Shown one piece after another: positions 50,673 to 59,857 of a stretch of 64,000 nt of DNA (position 1 is its first letter; each line of letters starts with the position of its first letter). Origin of the DNA: Leptolyngbyaceae cyanobacterium (lineage in GTDB: Bacteria; Cyanobacteriota; Cyanobacteriia; Phormidesmidales; Phormidesmidaceae); contig CBDHHL010000032.1 of NCBI GenBank assembly GCA_965263355.1, forward strand, positions 1,856,001-1,920,000. Direction: 5' to 3'. The notes beneath the pieces are model-generated. The model was not told where the DNA came from. It searched no databases and worked only from the letters and a program-made list of their open reading frames with translations. The translations under genes and the position numbers were made by a program.

Positions 50673-53306
50673 ATGGACGTCATAGCGATTTGTCTGGCCT
50701 GTCAACTGACTGCCCAGCTACCAGCCCTAGGTGCGAATGCACCCATAGTTCCTTTTTTTAGGAAAGGCCTAGAACTGCCTGTTCAGCAATTTCTTTCTGG
50801 TCGCCAGGGTGATTTCTGGATGGAGCCTCATCCTCCTTATTTGAGCGGTTCCCTGCCCAAAGTATCGCCTACGTTGGCAGACGTGCCGTCTGCTAAGTCT
50901 TCTCAACCATTTTGGGTGCGATTGTGGCGAGCGCTTACAAGTGGGTCGGAAAATCTGCAAGAGGCTCCTGGGGCTCTGCAAGAAATTTCTGAAAATCTGC
51001 AAGAGGTTCCTGAAGCTCCGCAAGAGCCCTCTGGGGATCCACAAGAAACTCCTGAGAATTTGCAGGAAGCTCCTGATGAATCAGCTCAATCGGCACTTTC
51101 GACGACGGTTGCACAGAAATCGTCGGAGAGTGGTGCAGTCAGCGAGCGCTTGGAGATTTCTGATGCAGACAATATAGGTATCAAGACGCAAATTGCTGCT
51201 GCTACGATCGCTACATTAGAGCCAGAGCTGAGTCCTATGGTGGCAGGTACTGATGTGAAACCTGCTGCATCGCGTCCAGATCGCCAAGTTAGTCCGGATG
51301 TCGAGCTACTGCAGCTGGCATCTACAGAGTTGCTGGGCCAAGAGCCTGTCTTGGATGCCGAAACGTTTCAGCCAGTTACAGGTGCTACGTTTAACTCAGA
51401 TGGGTCTGTCACGCTAAGAGTTCTGGTTGGTAACCCAAGTGAGCGTCTAACGGTTATCGGTGACTTTAATGATTGGGGTAATCGTGAGGATTTGGACGCT
51501 TATATATTGGCTCCTTCAGCTGATGATCCCAATATTCATGAGGCAACGTTGCCCCCTGGTAATTATCACAAAGCTCAATACCGCTTGCGTGATCAGGACG
51601 GACGAGAGCGGATTGATATGGGGGCTCCGCTTTTCTCAACGCCGGCGTTTAATGCCCGATTTTATGGTCAGCGTGCCGATGACAATTTGAATGCAGTTTT
51701 CTGGCAATCCACCCCCATTCCGGAGGCTGAGTTGGCTCCTGCAATGGATTTACGTGGCCAGCAGTTGGTCATTGCTGAAACGGATGCGGTTTCGCTATCT
51801 ATGAAATGGACCTGTCAAACATCCGGTTCTCAGTATTTTGGTCAGACGGGAGCAGATAATATCGATCAGCTTTACAACTTTATTGGTGAATGTGGTTTGC
51901 CTGAAAAGTTGGCGGAGTTAGGGTACAACGCTGTTCAATTTATGCCCCTTGATGCCCATGTAGACTTTTGGGATCCGGAGCGTTTTCCTTTTCCGGACTG
52001 GCGTTACAGCTACATCAACATTAGCTTCTATGCTAAGCATGCGGACTTCGGTAGTCCGGATGAACTAAAGCGGATGATCAATGCCTTCCACAAGGCCAAG
52101 GTAGCAGTGCTATTGGATGTAATTTATAGTCATTACTCTGATAGTGGTAATAACCCGCCGCGAGAATTTTATCCCTTAGGTTTTTCCCAGTATCATCGGG
52201 AAGATGGCTGGGAGCTATATGGTGGTTCCTGGACTCGCTGGGGCACGCGACGCTTTACCTATATCCCGGAAATTCGTCGGAATCTAATTGATGCAGCTTT
52301 AGTCAATATTCTGGACTATGGGTTTGATGGCCTGCGGGTTGACAATGTTAATGGTATTGACCGTCAGCCGGAAGGCCGTACCTTTTTGCGGGAGTTGACT
52401 GAGGCCCTTGCTCTCTACCGACCTCAAGCCGTAGTGATTGGGGAAGGTTATTTTGGCGATGCTTACTTGAATCGAAATCGAGGTGTGGGTGGTGCAGGAT
52501 TGATCACCACTTATAGCGATCGCTTTTATCTTTGGTTTACTGAGAACATCATTAAATACAGAGACCAGATAGATACCCAGCGTCTGGACTATATGTTGTC
52601 CAATGACTGGCCGCTGACGCTGCTCTACTACCCGGGTAACCATGATGAATTTGCTAATCCCGGTAATCAGTTTCAAACTCGAGGACGGTATCTATCCGAA
52701 GCGATTCAAGGCGGTATTCATACTCGCAAGGTTCAGTCCTGGTCAGCCCTGGCTATGTTTGCCAGTTCCTATTATTTGGATATGGTGCAGTTATGGACGC
52801 TACAGCCCGGTAGCTTAAATGACAACTCGCAGATTGATTGGCCTAGGTTTGAAGAGCCTTATGTGGCCGAACTAGCTCGGTTCCAGAGTGACATGAAGCA
52901 CTTTTACACCAGTCAGCCTGCATTTGCTCCCTATAATATCCATAGCCGGATGCTCCACTGGATGGACCATGAAAACAAAGTAGCGGTGTTTGAAAAGATT
53001 GACTTTGCTACTGGTCAACGGGTCTATGCCGTTGTGAATCTGGGGGATGAGGCTATTGATCATTACAAGATTCCGGTCCTACCTGATGGAGCAAGTTTCC
53101 GACTGGCATTGGACAGCGATCAGTCTACCTACGGTGGGCAGGGTAAAAATTTGGAGTGGCTAATGTCAGATAATCAAGAACTCGAGTTCTACTTAGGGTC
53201 CTATGGTGTCGTGGGTCTGGTACAGCAGGATAAGTTTGAACTGCCAATGGAAACGCCTTCTGAATTTGAGCTGAATCGTCCTACGGGTGACTGGTACGGT
53301 TATTGA
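50673..53306 (+). CDS. GH13 enzyme (GlgB/TreZ-like) with CBM48-like domain and long acidic N-terminal extension
   Basis: VIGDFNDW, LGYNAVQFMP, LDVIYSH, DGLRVDNVNG / IGEGY / GNHDE and LDSDQSTYGG motifs. Confidence 0.85.
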   Translation: MDVIAICLACQLTAQLPALGANAPIVPFFRKGLELPVQQFLSGRQGDFWMEPHPPYLSGSLPKVSPTLADVPSAKSSQPFWVRLWRALTSGSENLQEAPGALQEISENLQEVPEAPQEPSGDPQETPENLQEAPDESAQSALSTTVAQKSSESGAVSERLEISDADNIGIKTQIAAATIATLEPELSPMVAGTDVKPAASRPDRQVSPDVELLQLASTELLGQEPVLDAETFQPVTGATFNSDGSVTLRVLVGNPSERLTVIGDFNDWGNREDLDAYILAPSADDPNIHEATLPPGNYHKAQYRLRDQDGRERIDMGAPLFSTPAFNARFYGQRADDNLNAVFWQSTPIPEAELAPAMDLRGQQLVIAETDAVSLSMKWTCQTSGSQYFGQTGADNIDQLYNFIGECGLPEKLAELGYNAVQFMPLDAHVDFWDPERFPFPDWRYSYINISFYAKHADFGSPDELKRMINAFHKAKVAVLLDVIYSHYSDSGNNPPREFYPLGFSQYHREDGWELYGGSWTRWGTRRFTYIPEIRRNLIDAALVNILDYGFDGLRVDNVNGIDRQPEGRTFLRELTEALALYRPQAVVIGEGYFGDAYLNRNRGVGGAGLITTYSDRFYLWFTENIIKYRDQIDTQRLDYMLSNDWPLTLLYYPGNHDEFANPGNQFQTRGRYLSEAIQGGIHTRKVQSWSALAMFASSYYLDMVQLWTLQPGSLNDNSQIDWPRFEEPYVAELARFQSDMKHFYTSQPAFAPYNIHSRMLHWMDHENKVAVFEKIDFATGQRVYAVVNLGDEAIDHYKIPVLPDGASFRLALDSDQSTYGGQGKNLEWLMSDNQELEFYLGSYGVVGLVQQDKFELPMETPSEFELNRPTGDWYGY
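50946..51071 (+). repeat. Six degenerate 21-bp coding tandem repeats
   Basis: Encode SENLQEA-PGALQEI-SENLQEV-PEAPQEP-SGDPQET-PENLQEA. Confidence 0.85.
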
Positions 53307-53396
53307 CAAGGGGCTGATAGCTTAGCTTTTGAAGCCGCTAACAGGAGCCGATAGGATTTCACGTTGTGTCCCTTGATGATGCAGGCGAATGACTAA

Positions 53397-53436
53397 TACC
53401 CGCATTGAGCGCACTTATGTGTGCTCAATGCGGGTA
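53397..53436. terminator. 18-bp stem-loop between the GH13 and pullulanase genes
   Basis: TACCCGCATTGAGCGCAC-TTAT-GTGTGCTCAATGCGGGTA; no U-tract. Confidence 0.6.
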
Positions 53437-53525
53437 CGCTCAATATCTATAATTTTTTTCCCTAAGCTAAATATTTACACGGTACGTCTCAGTAGAAAAA
53501 CTTAGGAATTTTTAGGTGACCAGAT

Positions 53526-56500
53526 ATGAAGAGGGATTGGATAAACATATTCGTTCTGCCGCTATTTTTGGTATTGCTTCTGGTGGGAGGAAAGCCAAGC
53601 TATGCTTCGTCAGAGTCATCCCTTGCTTGGGTCGGTGACATGTTTCCTAGGGGCCTGTCAAGCAATATTCTTACCCAGGGAGACTCATTTACGGTTTATA
53701 CCCAGGTTTACAAACCTGGAGTCACTGATTTATCGGGGCGTGGTGAGAACATTAATTGCACCTTTTATTGGGGTGAGGTGGAGCAATTTGACAACGGTTG
53801 GAGTCAGGATTTTGAAACTCCGATGGTCTACAGCGGCGATATCGGTGACAACGACGAGTACAAAGTCACTATCGTTCCCGAAACAGGTCTTTATGAGTTT
53901 ACGACTCGCTGCAGTTCTCAGGAACCAGCCGTAGTGCGCTGGCAGAATAAGGGAAATGGACGGCTAATGGTGACGCCTCTGCCGGATGTCCCTAACGACC
54001 GTCGGGCCATTTGGGTAGATCGCTCTACGATCGCATGGAATCACCCTGAAGGTGCGACCTATGAACTGCACTACTCAATCGATGGCAATTTGATGGTGCC
54101 CGTCCGCCAGGGAACAGGCGTTCCCTTAAAGCTGAACGGTGTTTTGAACTGGCGCAGCTATAAGAAATTTCCGAACTTGAACAGTTACGATGCCTGGCGA
54201 TTGCCCAAGTCTGCTCAGCAGGATATTCCTGATATTTTGAAGAGTGAGGTTGCGATCGCAGCCTACGATACTACCGGTAAACTCATGGCTGCTACCGGTG
54301 TGCAGATGCAGGGAGTCCTAGACGATCTCTATAAGTACGATGGTGACTTGGGTGTGATCTACCACGGGGACACACCCACCCTCAAACTGTGGGCACCCAC
54401 GGCCCAATCAGTAGCGCTACAGCGGTTTACCGACGCCGATCCGGCAACTAGTGCCATTATTGAGCCCATGCATCTAGACCCCGAAACCGGCGTTTGGAGC
54501 ATCGAAGGAGATCCCAGTTGGGACAAGCAGTATTATCAATATGAGGTGAAGGTTTATACCCCGACGACGAGGCATGTAGAAACCAATTTTGTGACCGATC
54601 CTTATTCTGTGGGTCTATCTACCAACAGTCGTCTGAGCCAGATTATAGATTTAGAGAATGACGACAGTCTAAAACCTGAGGGCTGGGATAATTTGGCGAA
54701 GCCATCGTTTACTGTCCCTGAGGACATGGCCATATATGAAGTCCATGTGCGTGACTTTAGCCGCGATGACCCCTTAGTGGCCCCTGAGCACCGTGGCACA
54801 TTTAAGGCCTTTACCTACAACGGCTTAAATGGTCAGCCATTATCCCAAGGCATGAATCATTTGCTCAACCTGACCGAAGCTGGTCTGACCCACATTCATC
54901 TGTTGCCTGTCGCTGATTTTGCCTCTGTCGAAGAAGATATCAACGCGCGTACGGATCCCAACTCTGGTTTACTTAGCAGTTTTAGTCCTGATTCAATCCA
55001 GCAGCAAGCAATCATTGGCTCTACCCGTACCACCGACAGTTTTAACTGGGGGTATGACCCTTATCACTATGGGGTACCCGAAGGCAGCTACGCGACAAAC
55101 CCGAACGATGCCACCCGAGTCTTAGAATTTCGGGAACTGGTGCAGGCCCTTAACCAAAGAGGTCTGCGGGTTGTACTGGATGTCGTTTACAACCACACCT
55201 TTGCCAATGGCCTCTATACCCAGGCGGTGTTAGATAAAGTTGTTCCCGGTTATTACCATCGTTATAACCGAGATGGCTATTCGCAAAATTCTAGCTGTTG
55301 TGCTGATACTGCTGTCGAATTTGACATGATGCACAAGCTGATGGTGGATACCATTTTGCGTTGGGCAACTGCTTATAAGGTAGATGGCTTTCGGTTTGAC
55401 TTAATGAATTTGCTGACGGCCCATCGAATGATTGAGCTGCGAGACCAAGTATCAGCGTTGTCTCTAGAGCATGACGGTGTCAACGGTGAAGAGATTTACC
55501 TTTATGGGGAAGGTTGGGATTTTGGGTCTGCCCGTGACAATGGGTTTTACCATGCCAATCAGTACAACATGGCGGGTACTGGCATCGGTACTTTTAATGA
55601 CAAAATTCGAGATGCACTCCATGGGGGCTATTCTCAGGATCCTCTAGATAGTCATCGCCAGGGGGTGATCAATGGTCTTGCCTATGACTGGAATGGATAT
55701 TTCTATGGCAAACGGTTTCGCACTGATTTACGTACTCTAAGTGATCGCTTACGCATTAACCTGACGGGTAGTTTGCAAAGCTATAGTTTGTTGGACCAAA
55801 ATGACAATCAGGTGGATGGGCGCTTCCTGGATGGTGCAGGCTACACCCGTGATCCCCAGGAGGCGATTAACTATTTATCCAAGCACGATAATGAGGCTCT
55901 GTACGATTTGAATCTGTTCAAGATGCCGTTGGGACAGTCGGGGATGGCCTTGACTTCAATGAAAGAGCGGGTGCGATCGCAAAACCTGGGCCTCAGTTTT
56001 ATTGGTCTTAGCCAGGGAATTCCCTTTTTCCATATGGGCAGCGACATGCTGCGGTCAAAATCCCTTGATCGCGACAGCTACGACTCTGGTGACTGGTTTA
56101 ATCGAGTAGACTTTACTTACCAAAGCAACAACTTTGCGTCTGGGTTGCCACCGGCCTGGAATAATCAATCACGCTGGTCAGAGATGGCACCGCTGCTGGC
56201 CAATCCAGCCCTCAAGCCAAGTCAGGAAGATATTCTTGACTCAGTAAACCACCTGCAAGAGATTCTCAAAATTCGTAAGAGTTCAAAGCTGTTCCGTCTA
56301 GAAACTGCCGCTGATATTCGCTCTAGAGTCCGATTCCACAATACCGGTTCTAATCAAAAAGATGGCCTAATTGTCATGTCCATCAGTGATGATACTAGCC
56401 GTGACCTGGATCCTAACTACGAGAAAATCATTGTCCTTTTCAATGCCAATAAATCTGACCAACATTGGTACATGCCAAACCTAAAAAATACTGATGTAAC

Positions 56501-56633
56501 GCTGCATCCAGTTCAGGCGGAGTCCCATGATAGTGTTGTGAAAACAGCCTCTTTTAATGCCAAGACAGGTGTATTCAAGGTACCTGCCCGGACCACTGCC
56601 GTATTTGTTGTTACTGAAAATGCCTCTGCATGA
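53526..56633 (+). CDS. pulA: Exported pullulanase-type alpha-1,6-glucosidase (GH13)
   Basis: Signal peptide ending KPSYA; LWAPTAQ, FNWGYDP, DGFRFDLM / YGEGW / SKHDN and SGDWFNR motifs. Confidence 0.93.
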   Translation: MKRDWINIFVLPLFLVLLLVGGKPSYASSESSLAWVGDMFPRGLSSNILTQGDSFTVYTQVYKPGVTDLSGRGENINCTFYWGEVEQFDNGWSQDFETPMVYSGDIGDNDEYKVTIVPETGLYEFTTRCSSQEPAVVRWQNKGNGRLMVTPLPDVPNDRRAIWVDRSTIAWNHPEGATYELHYSIDGNLMVPVRQGTGVPLKLNGVLNWRSYKKFPNLNSYDAWRLPKSAQQDIPDILKSEVAIAAYDTTGKLMAATGVQMQGVLDDLYKYDGDLGVIYHGDTPTLKLWAPTAQSVALQRFTDADPATSAIIEPMHLDPETGVWSIEGDPSWDKQYYQYEVKVYTPTTRHVETNFVTDPYSVGLSTNSRLSQIIDLENDDSLKPEGWDNLAKPSFTVPEDMAIYEVHVRDFSRDDPLVAPEHRGTFKAFTYNGLNGQPLSQGMNHLLNLTEAGLTHIHLLPVADFASVEEDINARTDPNSGLLSSFSPDSIQQQAIIGSTRTTDSFNWGYDPYHYGVPEGSYATNPNDATRVLEFRELVQALNQRGLRVVLDVVYNHTFANGLYTQAVLDKVVPGYYHRYNRDGYSQNSSCCADTAVEFDMMHKLMVDTILRWATAYKVDGFRFDLMNLLTAHRMIELRDQVSALSLEHDGVNGEEIYLYGEGWDFGSARDNGFYHANQYNMAGTGIGTFNDKIRDALHGGYSQDPLDSHRQGVINGLAYDWNGYFYGKRFRTDLRTLSDRLRINLTGSLQSYSLLDQNDNQVDGRFLDGAGYTRDPQEAINYLSKHDNEALYDLNLFKMPLGQSGMALTSMKERVRSQNLGLSFIGLSQGIPFFHMGSDMLRSKSLDRDSYDSGDWFNRVDFTYQSNNFASGLPPAWNNQSRWSEMAPLLANPALKPSQEDILDSVNHLQEILKIRKSSKLFRLETAADIRSRVRFHNTGSNQKDGLIVMSISDDTSRDLDPNYEKIIVLFNANKSDQHWYMPNLKNTDVTLHPVQAESHDSVVKTASFNAKTGVFKVPARTTAVFVVTENASA

Positions 56634-57931
56634 TTGTTATCCAGAATGAACCCCTGCTTGAATTTATCAAACCTCGATATTCACTGACAGATATCCAGGC
56701 ACTGATCACATTCCTCAAGCAGCAGGGCACATTTGACTTTGCAGCCTTACCCAATGGTTTGTTTCCAGCTGCATTATTAACAGAAGAAACTGCCTACACG
56801 GGGTATGCGAATGTGTGGGTGCGTGACAACATGCATGTGGCCTATGCTCACTATAGGATTGGGGAGACAGCCGTTGCTGTTAAAACAGTCCAAACTCTGT
56901 TGACTTACTTTGGTAAGCATCGACATCGTTTTAACGCCATCATTCAGGGACAGGCCGATTTTCAGAAACCGATGAATCGCCCCCATATTCGGTTTAATGG
57001 GCAAACTCTGGAAGAAAATGAAGAGGACTGGCCCCATGCCCAAAATGACGCTCTGGGCTATTTCTTATGGCTGTATTGTTTGTTAGTCCGTGATGACCTA
57101 ATCGAACCGACCAGTGAAGATGTCGAAACGTTGGCACTTTTCCCGTTTTACTTTCAGTCAATTAGCTATTGGCAAGATGAAGATAGTGGCCACTGGGAAG
57201 AGACTCGCAAGATTGAGGCATCGAGTATAGGAGCTGTCGTCGCGGGGCTCAAAGCGTTGCGTCAAGTGCATCTGAAACCAGCATTTGTGACCCATTGTTG
57301 TCACCATGAGGGACAGTTGATTACACTACCCTTGTTGGATGAGTTGATTGCTAAGGGCCAGGAAGCACTGAACGAGATTTTACCGGCGGAATGTGTTCAA
57401 CCTAAACATGCCAGATCTGAAGATGGGGCCTTATTATTTTTAATCTATCCATTAAATGTGGTTGAGGGGGTTGTTGCCGATCAGATTCTCAATAATGTGC
57501 TCACTAACCTTGCTCGCGAAGTAGGTATATGCCGTTATCTTGGTGATTCCTTTTGGTGTGCTGATTATAAACAAAAGCTTTCTGGTGAACTGCGGACAGC
57601 AGATTTTAGCAACAATGTTAGCCTGCGCGATCAATTTTTGAAACCTGGAGAAGAGGCCCAGTGGTGCATTTTTGATCCGATTGTGTCGGTGATTTTTGGC
57701 CTGAAATATCAGACCACAGGCCAGGAAAAGTATTTGGACTTACAAATTCATCACCTCAATCGCGCCCTGGGTCACATTACGGGTACAGACAGTGAGTTTG
57801 GCAGTTTTCAATGCCCTGAGCTATATCACTTAGACAATGGTCGTTATGCGCCCAGTGATGCCACACCCTTGTTATGGACCCAGGCAACGTTACGGGTAGC
57901 CCTTGAAGTCATGGTACAAACCCTGACATAG
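56630..57931 (+). CDS. GH15 / phosphorylase-kinase-alpha-beta-like protein
   Basis: VWVRD, AQNDALG, DSGHWEE, EAQWC, PELY and PLLWTQA motifs; ATGA overlap with pulA. Confidence 0.85.
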   Translation: MIVIQNEPLLEFIKPRYSLTDIQALITFLKQQGTFDFAALPNGLFPAALLTEETAYTGYANVWVRDNMHVAYAHYRIGETAVAVKTVQTLLTYFGKHRHRFNAIIQGQADFQKPMNRPHIRFNGQTLEENEEDWPHAQNDALGYFLWLYCLLVRDDLIEPTSEDVETLALFPFYFQSISYWQDEDSGHWEETRKIEASSIGAVVAGLKALRQVHLKPAFVTHCCHHEGQLITLPLLDELIAKGQEALNEILPAECVQPKHARSEDGALLFLIYPLNVVEGVVADQILNNVLTNLAREVGICRYLGDSFWCADYKQKLSGELRTADFSNNVSLRDQFLKPGEEAQWCIFDPIVSVIFGLKYQTTGQEKYLDLQIHHLNRALGHITGTDSEFGSFQCPELYHLDNGRYAPSDATPLLWTQATLRVALEVMVQTLT

Positions 57932-57948
57932 AACTAACATAGAAACTG

Positions 57949-58488
57949 TTACTCACCCTTGATCGACGAGGCGGATGCCAATGTTGAAGCCCCTTGCTGC
58001 ATTCGCTCAATGTCTGCTTCTGACCATACTTTAGATGTCTGACAATGATGGGCTGCCAGTAAACCCCATAGGCCCTGACTTGTCAGAACTGGCACCACCA
58101 GGTTGGCCCGTACCTGTAAATGGTGCAAAAAATCACGATGACAGGGTTCGATTGGTTCAGTTTGAATATCGTTTATGGCCCTTACTCGGCCGGCCAGGTA
58201 CAGCGCCGCATACTCATCGTTAAAACACTGATCAGGTCCTGTAGAGCCATAAATAGAAAACTTTCTATCACTCAAAGATTCGAAAGTAACCTGGCCTTTC
58301 CACTGATTGTAAAAATAGTAAATGGCTACTCGATCTACCTTTAGAAAGGTTCGCAGTCCATCGGTAGTACTCTGTACCAGCTGATCTCGTTGCATTGTCT
58401 GACTCAGACGCTGCAAAATAAACCTCATTGCATCGACTTCTGAGTCGAGTCGTTGGCCATGAATATTTGGATCAAACTGAATCGACAT
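57949..58488 (-). CDS. Stand-alone cyanobacteriochrome-type GAF (DXCF + CH)
   Basis: DRVAIY, GPDQCF, PCHRDFL, VRANLVVP and LWGLLAAHHC motifs. Confidence 0.85.
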   Translation of the reverse strand: MSIQFDPNIHGQRLDSEVDAMRFILQRLSQTMQRDQLVQSTTDGLRTFLKVDRVAIYYFYNQWKGQVTFESLSDRKFSIYGSTGPDQCFNDEYAALYLAGRVRAINDIQTEPIEPCHRDFLHHLQVRANLVVPVLTSQGLWGLLAAHHCQTSKVWSEADIERMQQGASTLASASSIKGE

Positions 58489-58946
58489 GATAAAGCAGCA
58501 TTTTCCAGTATTAGTTTACCTTTTAACACTGGTTGCAGATATACCTGGGCTTATTTACAGAAACTTAAGCAATGAGATTTTTGGAATCGCCTTTATTTTT
58601 ATATATTCTTAAGCACTGAAAATCGTGAAGTGCCGCATCTAATGTTTGTTATCTCTACTAAGGGTTAGCGATCGCAAAAATGGCCAAGGGGAAACGCCCA
58701 AGCATTAATCGCAACTACAAACTGTAGTACGGCCAAAACTAGTGCCAGTTGGACTTCATTAAATAAAAATTTATGAGATATAGCCCCACTTACAGGAGAG
58801 TAACACAAATGCCTACTTAGATTTCCCTCAGCAGCACTCATCACAATTTCGATACAATTTCGATTGATAGAATAGATGAGCTTAAACCAAGTTCAATCCG
58901 CCAACGGTATACATGGGACGGTAAATTCAGTTATAGGCTCAATACT

Positions 58947-59591
58947 ATGAAATTAAATCAGGGGCTACTAATTGTTGGAGTATTCGTTGGCTTAGGCGCA
59001 TTACTTGTCTGGGGCTATCGAGCATCATCTGCCCCTTTACCAGAGGGGTTCCCGCCACCTACGGCAAAGGGGAACATTGAGGTGAAGCAGTATCCGGCCT
59101 ATCGGGCAGCGACAGTTCAGGTGCGGGGTGACTTAGAAAAAGCAGCATCTCGTGGTTTTTCGCCGTTATTTCGTCACATTAGCGACAATAATATTTCGAT
59201 GACGGCTCCGGTGGAGACGCGGTACCCGGTGGCGACTTTACGGTCGGGGGTGATTTCACAGGGGGATGCCGCCGTTTCGTTTTTGTATCGCAGTGTGGAC
59301 GTAGTGCCGAAAGAGGTGGCACAGAATGTGCAGGTGGAGGATATGTCGCCGATGGAGGTGGTAAGTGTTGGGGTACGCGGCGGCTATGGCTACGGGGTGT
59401 ATACAAAGGGTGTACAGCAGTTGCAGGATTGGCTGGCGGAGCATCCCGAGTATGGTGTGGCAGGTCCTCCACGACGTTTTTTCTATGATGGACCGTTTAT
59501 GCCGAATGGTTTAAAGCGTAGTGATATTCAGATTCCGGTGCAGCGCACTGATAATGAGGTGCCCATAGTTGACGACAATGGTGATCTCTAA
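58947..59591 (+). CDS. SOUL heme-binding protein
   Basis: N-terminal anchor; VKQYPAYRAA, FSPLFRHI and ISMTAPVE motifs. Confidence 0.85.
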   Translation: MKLNQGLLIVGVFVGLGALLVWGYRASSAPLPEGFPPPTAKGNIEVKQYPAYRAATVQVRGDLEKAASRGFSPLFRHISDNNISMTAPVETRYPVATLRSGVISQGDAAVSFLYRSVDVVPKEVAQNVQVEDMSPMEVVSVGVRGGYGYGVYTKGVQQLQDWLAEHPEYGVAGPPRRFFYDGPFMPNGLKRSDIQIPVQRTDNEVPIVDDNGDL

Positions 59592-59616
59592 AAGTTTCAA
59601 ATAACAACAGCTCGGC

Positions 59617-59646
59617 GCAAACTGCTGAATGTATTCAGCAGTTTGC
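59617..59646. terminator. Palindromic hairpin between convergent genes
   Basis: GCAAACTGCTGAAT-GT-ATTCAGCAGTTTGC. Confidence 0.6.
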
Positions 59647-59686
59647 TGTAAATAACTGACTTAGATCGCGGGGTAGGCGATATCGA

Positions 59687-59812
59687 TCACCTTTTCCCAC
59701 GCACTGCCTTTACCTTACTCACCGTCAGGTAAAAACATTCATCCGGTTCCGAGCCACTTTCCAAGTCTTCTCGCTCTAATGTCGTTGAACCCAACGGATA
59801 GATGGTGTTGCC
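59687..59812 (-). pseudogene. Uma2/DUF820 endonuclease internal fragment
   Basis: Hand translation GNTIYPLGSTTLEREDLESGSEPDECFYLTVSKVKAVRGKR*. GSTT..REDL..G.EPDECFY is the Uma2 signature; both ends are missing. Confidence 0.75.
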
Positions 59813-59857
59813 TTGCCTCAAGCATGCTCTGACCTTGATTCTAGTGAATAATGCTCC

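Noticed and set aside
50946..51071. CRISPR-like or non-coding tandem array
   Set aside because: In-frame degenerate 21-bp coding repeats with no spacers.
44641..57931. Standard glycogen (glg) or treYZ trehalose operon
   Set aside because: No glgA, glgC, glgP or treY, and signal peptides on at least two enzymes.
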